From: Clostridium grantii DSM 8605
Lineage (GTDB): Bacteria > Bacillota > Clostridia > Clostridiales > Clostridiaceae
Direction: 5' to 3'
NCBI RefSeq assembly: GCF_900129965.1
Contig: NZ_FQXM01000030.1
Location: 1-32,000 of the forward strand
Length of the DNA: 32,000 nucleotides
Made by a program: the position numbers and the translations under genes. The notes below the pieces were generated by a model. The model searched no databases, was not told the DNA's origin, and saw only the letters and a list, made by a program, of their open reading frames with translations. Positions 28,434-32,000 of the stretch are shown piece by piece (position 1 is the first letter of the stretch; each line of letters opens with the position of its first letter).

Positions 28434-28733
28434 AATGGTATCCCCCCTACTAATAAATTTACAACAAGTTTTCCACATTGTCCACAATTAGCCTGTGCAT
28501 AACTTGTTAATTTATTGTTAATTAACTGTAGTTTATTTAAAAAGTTAAATTTTAACATGAATTTTATCCTAATATAACTGATTTTGTCGAACTTTTCTAC
28601 CTATTTTTATCCACATTCTTAACAAACCTGTTGATAACTATATATGATAATTTATCCAAATGTTCTATACTAATTAATTATAATCCTATATTTTCACTTT
28701 ATAATCACTACTATTCATTGTAATTTGAATTCA

Positions 28734-28742
28734 TGTTATAAT
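28734..28742 (+). promoter_or_regulatory. Putative extended -10 promoter (TGTTATAAT) for ispF
   Basis: TGtTATAAT at 28734-28742, about 30 nt upstream of the ispF ATG. Confidence 0.4.
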
Positions 28743-28770
28743 GATAAAAAGATTTACTAGGAGGTTTATT

Positions 28771-29247
28771 ATGCGAGTTGGTATGGGGTATGATGTGCAT
28801 AAATTAGTTTATGATAGAGATTTGATTCTAGGTGGAGTTACCATCCCCTATGAGAAAGGCTTATTAGGTCATTCTGACGCTGATGTTTTAATACATGCTA
28901 TAATGGATAGTCTTCTAGGTGCTGCCGCATTAGGGGATATAGGAAGGCACTTTCCTGATACTGATAACTCACTTAAGGGGATTTCAAGCATTATTTTATT
29001 AGAAAAAGTAAGAGATATTTTAGCAAGTGCTAACTATGAAATAGTAAATATAGATGCTACAATTATTGCTCAAAAACCGAAAATGGCTTTATTTATCCCT
29101 GAAATGGTAAAAAATATGAGCAAAGCCTTGAATATATCTGAAAGTCAAGTAAATGTAAAAGCAACCACTGAAGAGGGGCTTGGCTTCACTGGCACAGGCC
29201 AAGGAATTTCTTGCCAAAGCATTTGTTTGCTAGAAAAAATTTCTTAA
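28771..29247 (+). CDS. ispF: 2-C-methyl-D-erythritol 2,4-cyclodiphosphate synthase
   Basis: [12 protein letters not shown]...[33 protein letters not shown]. The likely true start is ATG at 28771, 6 nt after AGGAGG; the track start at 28741 is an upstream extension. Confidence 0.92.
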   Translation: MRVGMGYDVHKLVYDRDLILGGVTIPYEKGLLGHSDADVLIHAIMDSLLGAAALGDIGRHFPDTDNSLKGISSIILLEKVRDILASANYEIVNIDATIIAQKPKMALFIPEMVKNMSKALNISESQVNVKATTEEGLGFTGTGQGISCQSICLLEKIS

Positions 29248-29261
29248 CTAACTAATCAAAT

Positions 29262-29295
29262 AAAAAATAACCCGAGTTTAGGGTTATTTTTTTGT
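29262..29295. terminator. Bidirectional terminator between ispF and flgG
   Basis: AAAAAATAACCC-gagttta-GGGTTATTTTTT: a symmetric A/T-flanked hairpin in a convergent gap. Confidence 0.75.
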
Positions 29296-29304
29296 TTGTA
29301 GCTA

Positions 29305-30063
29305 TTATTTAAGAGATCCTAATTCATTAACGGTTTTCTGTAATGTTTCGTCAGTATTTTTTAAAGCTCTTTGATTAGCAGAATACTCTCTACTAACTTC
29401 AATCATTTTTACCATTTGAGTTGTTAAATCTAAATTAGATCCTTCTAAAGCTTTTTGTTTAATACTAGGATTTTGACTTTCTATTTCTTGTATTCCATCT
29501 GCTGTATATAAATTTTTACCCATTCTACTCAAACTTTGTGTATCTTCAAACTCAACTATATTAAACTTTATAGTTCCATTTTCAATATTTTGTATTGTTC
29601 CATCAGAAGAAACCACCATACTTTCATCACCTACATATATGTAGGAATCATTACCTGTAACAGTATTTTTGCCCATAACAGCATAACCATTATCTGTCAC
29701 AAGTTTTCCATTCATATCAGTATGAAAATTTCCACTTCTAGTATAAGCATAATTCCCATCTGAAATTTCAACTTTAAAAAATGCTTCTTCTAGAATAGCA
29801 AAATCTGTGTCTATTCCAGTTTCCAATATTGTTCCTTTATCTGAATTTTCATAAACAGTATTTGTTTCTATTCCAGGATTTATAGAGCCTACATCTTCAT
29901 GTGTTAATCTATTTCTCACGTTCATTGCTTCTACTGATTTAGCTGTAACTAATTGCTCTTTAAAAGCAACAGTATCACTATTAGCAATATTATTGGCAAC
30001 AATATCTTGTTTTAATTGTAAATGTTTCATTGCGGATGCCGATGTTTCCATTCCTCTTATCAT
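29305..30063 (-). CDS. flgG: Flagellar basal-body rod protein (FlgG/FlgF family)
   Basis: N-terminal rod motif LKQDIVANNIANSDTVAFK and C-terminal LEGSNLDLTTQMVKMIEVSREYSANQRALK. Confidence 0.85.
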   Translation of the reverse strand: MIRGMETSASAMKHLQLKQDIVANNIANSDTVAFKEQLVTAKSVEAMNVRNRLTHEDVGSINPGIETNTVYENSDKGTILETGIDTDFAILEEAFFKVEISDGNYAYTRSGNFHTDMNGKLVTDNGYAVMGKNTVTGNDSYIYVGDESMVVSSDGTIQNIENGTIKFNIVEFEDTQSLSRMGKNLYTADGIQEIESQNPSIKQKALEGSNLDLTTQMVKMIEVSREYSANQRALKNTDETLQKTVNELGSLK

Positions 30064-30269
30064 TTACTTTCCACCTCACTATTATCAAATATTCTAACTT
30101 CATCTGGATATACCATGCCCATATCCCTTGCTTTTTTCTCAATATAGCTTTCACTGGTGTTTGGGCTAAAGGGGATAAGTATCAAACAAGTTATTATTAT
30201 ACCTAGTCCTAGTCCTATAATAAAAGTGGGAGTAATTATTTTTGTAAATCCTTTTGTATACTTTTTAAT
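30060..30269 (-). CDS. Candidate small membrane protein (about 69 aa) with no canonical start codon
   Basis: The frame is open from 30284 to TGA at 30060-30062, which overlaps the flgG ATG as ATGA. It encodes KKYTKGFTKIITPTFIIGLGLGIIITCLILIPFSPNTSESYIEKKARDMGMVYPDEVRIFDNSEVESK. There is no ATG/GTG/TTG before the TM helix; ATT at 30267-30269 lies 7 nt after GGAGG (30277-30281). Confidence 0.35.
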   Translation of the reverse strand: MKKYTKGFTKIITPTFIIGLGLGIIITCLILIPFSPNTSESYIEKKARDMGMVYPDEVRIFDNSEVESK

Positions 30270-31096
30270 AATAACACCTCCCCTTTACCTATAGATAATT
30301 CAGACGCTATATCTTCCACACTTTTTCCTAAATCATCTAATATTTTAACCTTTTCATTTATAGAACTATTATCAAAATTCTTTTTTGTGGTTTCACTTGC
30401 ATCTTTTGTTTTAGTTGTTCTTGTAGTTTTTGTGGTTCTTGGTTTTTTTGTACTTCCTGTACTTTTAATAGCATTTAATTTTTCATGGCTACTTTTTAAC
30501 TGTTTTTCATCTTTAGCCTCTTCTATTTTATTTACTGTAATATCATCCAAAGCTTTATCTTGGCTATTTTCTTTAATTTCCATTAAACTTTCTTTTTTCT
30601 CAATTTCCTTTTCTTTACTTTCTATCGCTTTTTCTTTTCTAACTATAGATTTTTCCTTTCGCAAAAGGGTTTTTTCCATATCAATTAAACGTTTTTCTTT
30701 TTCATCTAAAGTGGATAAAGAATTTAACATTGTTTCTATATTATCTAATTTTTCATTAATAATTTCATTATAAACATGTAAATTATCTTCTTCAACTGTT
30801 TTTACTTGGGTATTTAATAAAAATTTTTCAGATTCTCTATTATCTTCTTTCATCTGCTGACGGAAAATTTCATTAAACTCTTTTTTATCTTCTAATAATT
30901 CCTCAACTATTTCATTATATTCCTTCTCAGATAATAATTCTTTATCTTCCAAAAGTTCTTCCTCTTGAATCATAAATAAATTTTTATCTTTTTCTAAAAT
31001 ATTATTTTCTAAGATATCTTTTTTATTGCTTTTTATGTATAAAATTACACCTCCTACAAAAATCAAAATTCCTATAGCTAATAATATATACACCAT
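30236..31096 (-). CDS. Membrane-anchored coiled-coil protein with a C-terminal HTH-like segment, directly downstream of sigD
   Basis: N-terminal TM helix (VYILLAIGILIFVGGVILYI), about 180 aa of E/K-rich heptad sequence, a T/K-rich linker (KKPRTTKTTRTTKTK), and a C-terminal DDLGKSVEDIASELSIGKGEVLLLK. RBS AGAGGAA. Confidence 0.65.
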   Translation of the reverse strand: MVYILLAIGILIFVGGVILYIKSNKKDILENNILEKDKNLFMIQEEELLEDKELLSEKEYNEIVEELLEDKKEFNEIFRQQMKEDNRESEKFLLNTQVKTVEEDNLHVYNEIINEKLDNIETMLNSLSTLDEKEKRLIDMEKTLLRKEKSIVRKEKAIESKEKEIEKKESLMEIKENSQDKALDDITVNKIEEAKDEKQLKSSHEKLNAIKSTGSTKKPRTTKTTRTTKTKDASETTKKNFDNSSINEKVKILDDLGKSVEDIASELSIGKGEVLLLKSIQKDLQK

Positions 31097-31122
31097 TTTT
31101 TATTCCTCTGTTTCATTTAATT

Positions 31123-31878
31123 TTATCTTAAATATTGTTCTAACTTTTTCAATGCCTTACCGTGAATTTGAGATATCCTAGAAATAGATACCTCCATTAT
31201 ATAAGCTATTTCTTTTAAAGATAATTCTTCTGTATAAATCAAATTAAGAATAATTCTTTCTCTTTCATTTAATTTATCCAAAGCTTTTATAAGAAGTTTG
31301 CTATTTTCATTTTTTAACAGTTCATCCTCTGGAGATTTAATATTTTTATCAATTAATAAATCTTTTAAACAACTTTCATTGTCTTCATCTATTGCAGAAT
31401 TTTGCTCCAAATAATAGTTTGCAATATTCTGAGCAGAATCCTTTATTTTAAATAATTCTTCTAAATCAATACCTAAAAATTTAGCAACTTCTTTGTCTTC
31501 AGGTTCTCTTAATATTTTATTTCTTAAATCATCCACAGCATTATTATACTCATTGAGTTTCTTAACTTTTCCTCTAGATAAATTAGACTGTTTACGTATT
31601 TCGTCTATCATTGCCCCTTTAATTCTCAAAGATGCAAAAGCGGCAAATACCACGTTTTTATCTTCGTCATATTTATCCACAGCTTCCATTAATCCAATAA
31701 CTCCTACGCTATATAGATCCTCTTTTGTAAGGCTCATATTACTATTTAATTTTATACCTTTTGAAATCTTATGTACCAAAGGAAGATGTTCTATTATCAT
31801 TTCTTCCCTTTTATTATTCTTAAGTTCATAATTATTTTTCAATAGAATCACCAATTTTCCTTTAAAATAATATTTCAA
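31123..31878 (-). CDS. sigD: Flagellar sigma factor (sigma-28, SigD/FliA)
   Basis: Region 2 (IIEHLPLVHKISKG...DLYSVGVIGLMEAVDKYD...FAAFASLRIKGAMIDEIR) and region 4 HTH (LSLKEIAYIMEVSISRISQIHGKALKKL). The start is uncertain: TTG at 31878 lacks an RBS, and GTG/ATG alternatives exist downstream, e.g. ATG at 31800. Confidence 0.88.
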   Translation of the reverse strand: MKYYFKGKLVILLKNNYELKNNKREEMIIEHLPLVHKISKGIKLNSNMSLTKEDLYSVGVIGLMEAVDKYDEDKNVVFAAFASLRIKGAMIDEIRKQSNLSRGKVKKLNEYNNAVDDLRNKILREPEDKEVAKFLGIDLEELFKIKDSAQNIANYYLEQNSAIDEDNESCLKDLLIDKNIKSPEDELLKNENSKLLIKALDKLNERERIILNLIYTEELSLKEIAYIMEVSISRISQIHGKALKKLEQYLR

Positions 31879-31914
31879 AGTATAATTTTTATATTCATGT
31901 TTATAAAAGTACTT

Positions 31915-32000
31915 TTATCTAAAAACCCTCATCATTCTACTAACAACTTGTTGCATAGTTGTTTTTTCTGCATTTGAATATTTTTGTCCTAACAATTTAT
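31915..32000 (-). CDS. 3' end of an unidentified CDS upstream of sigD (truncated by the window edge)
   Basis: The minus-strand frame is open to the window edge and ends KLLGQKYSNAEKTTMQQVVSRMMRVFR* with TAA at 31915-31917. It is presumably part of the flagellar operon, but I cannot assign it. Confidence 0.35.
   Translation of the reverse strand, partial: KLLGQKYSNAEKTTMQQVVSRMMRVFR

Noticed and set aside
28585-28591. A Spo0A-box-like TGTCGAA in the divergent hydrolase/ispF intergenic region.
   Set aside because: It is a single 7-mer. The same heptamer also occurs inside the kinase coding region (about 7176-7182), so a chance occurrence is expected.
30038-30045. GCCGATGT, resembling the sigma-28 -10 element (GCCGATAA/T).
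   Set aside because: It lies on the plus strand inside the minus-strand flgG coding region, has no TAAA -35 element at the right spacing, and has no downstream plus-strand gene to drive.
736-31831. Nineteen short ORFs in the supplied track that lie antisense to or inside larger genes. Examples are 736-981, 2940-3158, 3367-3549, 4893-5171, 9590-9805, 11453-11692, 14102-14290, 14866-15129, 18125-18445, 18844-19059, 21110-21346, 22096-22422, 23676-23882, 25050-25307, 25324-25569, 26215-26403, 29536-29763, 30387-30773 and 31493-31831.
   Set aside because: All overlap confidently assigned genes and lack RBS motifs. Their products are low-complexity F/L/I/S-rich strings typical of shadow frames in AT-rich DNA. 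The 128-aa ORF at 30387-30773 simply mirrors the E/K-rich coiled-coil repeats.
1-32000. I looked for CRISPR arrays, tandem repeats, transposases, integrases, phage genes, toxin-antitoxin pairs and known defence-system signatures.
   Set aside because: None was found by eye. Gene content, the uniform AT-rich composition and the conserved operon structures indicate core chromosome. The only dispersed repeats are the GC-rich modules reported above.

Overview
This is an AT-rich chromosomal segment (roughly 28-30% G+C by eye, not computed). The gene content points to a spore-forming, flagellated low-GC Firmicute (Clostridia/Tissierellia-like): spmAB, sigD/flgG, T-box leaders and glgCD. About 30 intact genes are present and most are housekeeping. 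Left to right they are: an SLT lytic transglycosylase, a glycerophosphodiesterase plus MFS transporter, and metG behind a Met T-box. Next come an OmpR/HK two-component system co-oriented with a 535-aa lipoprotein and a polysaccharide deacetylase, then a MATE exporter, thrB, a membrane GGDEF cyclase, spmA-spmB, pepT, a lipoprotein and glgC-glgD. These are followed by a small membrane-anchored protein, a GH73 autolysin, and a Ser T-box-controlled serC-serA-DUF1015 operon. The right end holds a LapA/DUF1049-like protein, an alpha/beta hydrolase, ispF, and the tail of a flagellar operon (sigD, a coiled-coil membrane protein, flgG-like). I see no CRISPR array, transposase, integrase, phage gene or recognisable defence gene, so this looks like core genome rather than an accessory island. 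Four things deserve a second look. (1) A 58% G+C 'GTAG + palindrome' module occurs as an inverted doublet and as a singlet, each exactly filling a convergent intergenic gap (REP/REPIN-like). (2) The DUF1015 gene is translationally coupled to serA inside a Ser-specific T-box operon and carries an ADGHHR motif, making it a candidate for an unassigned phosphoserine-handling step. (3) A roughly 69-codon membrane-protein frame with no ATG/GTG/TTG start lies between the sigD-proximal coiled-coil gene and flgG. (4) The two-component system, lipoprotein and deacetylase form a possible module. All coordinates were counted by hand and small RNA/regulatory boundaries may be off by a few nt.
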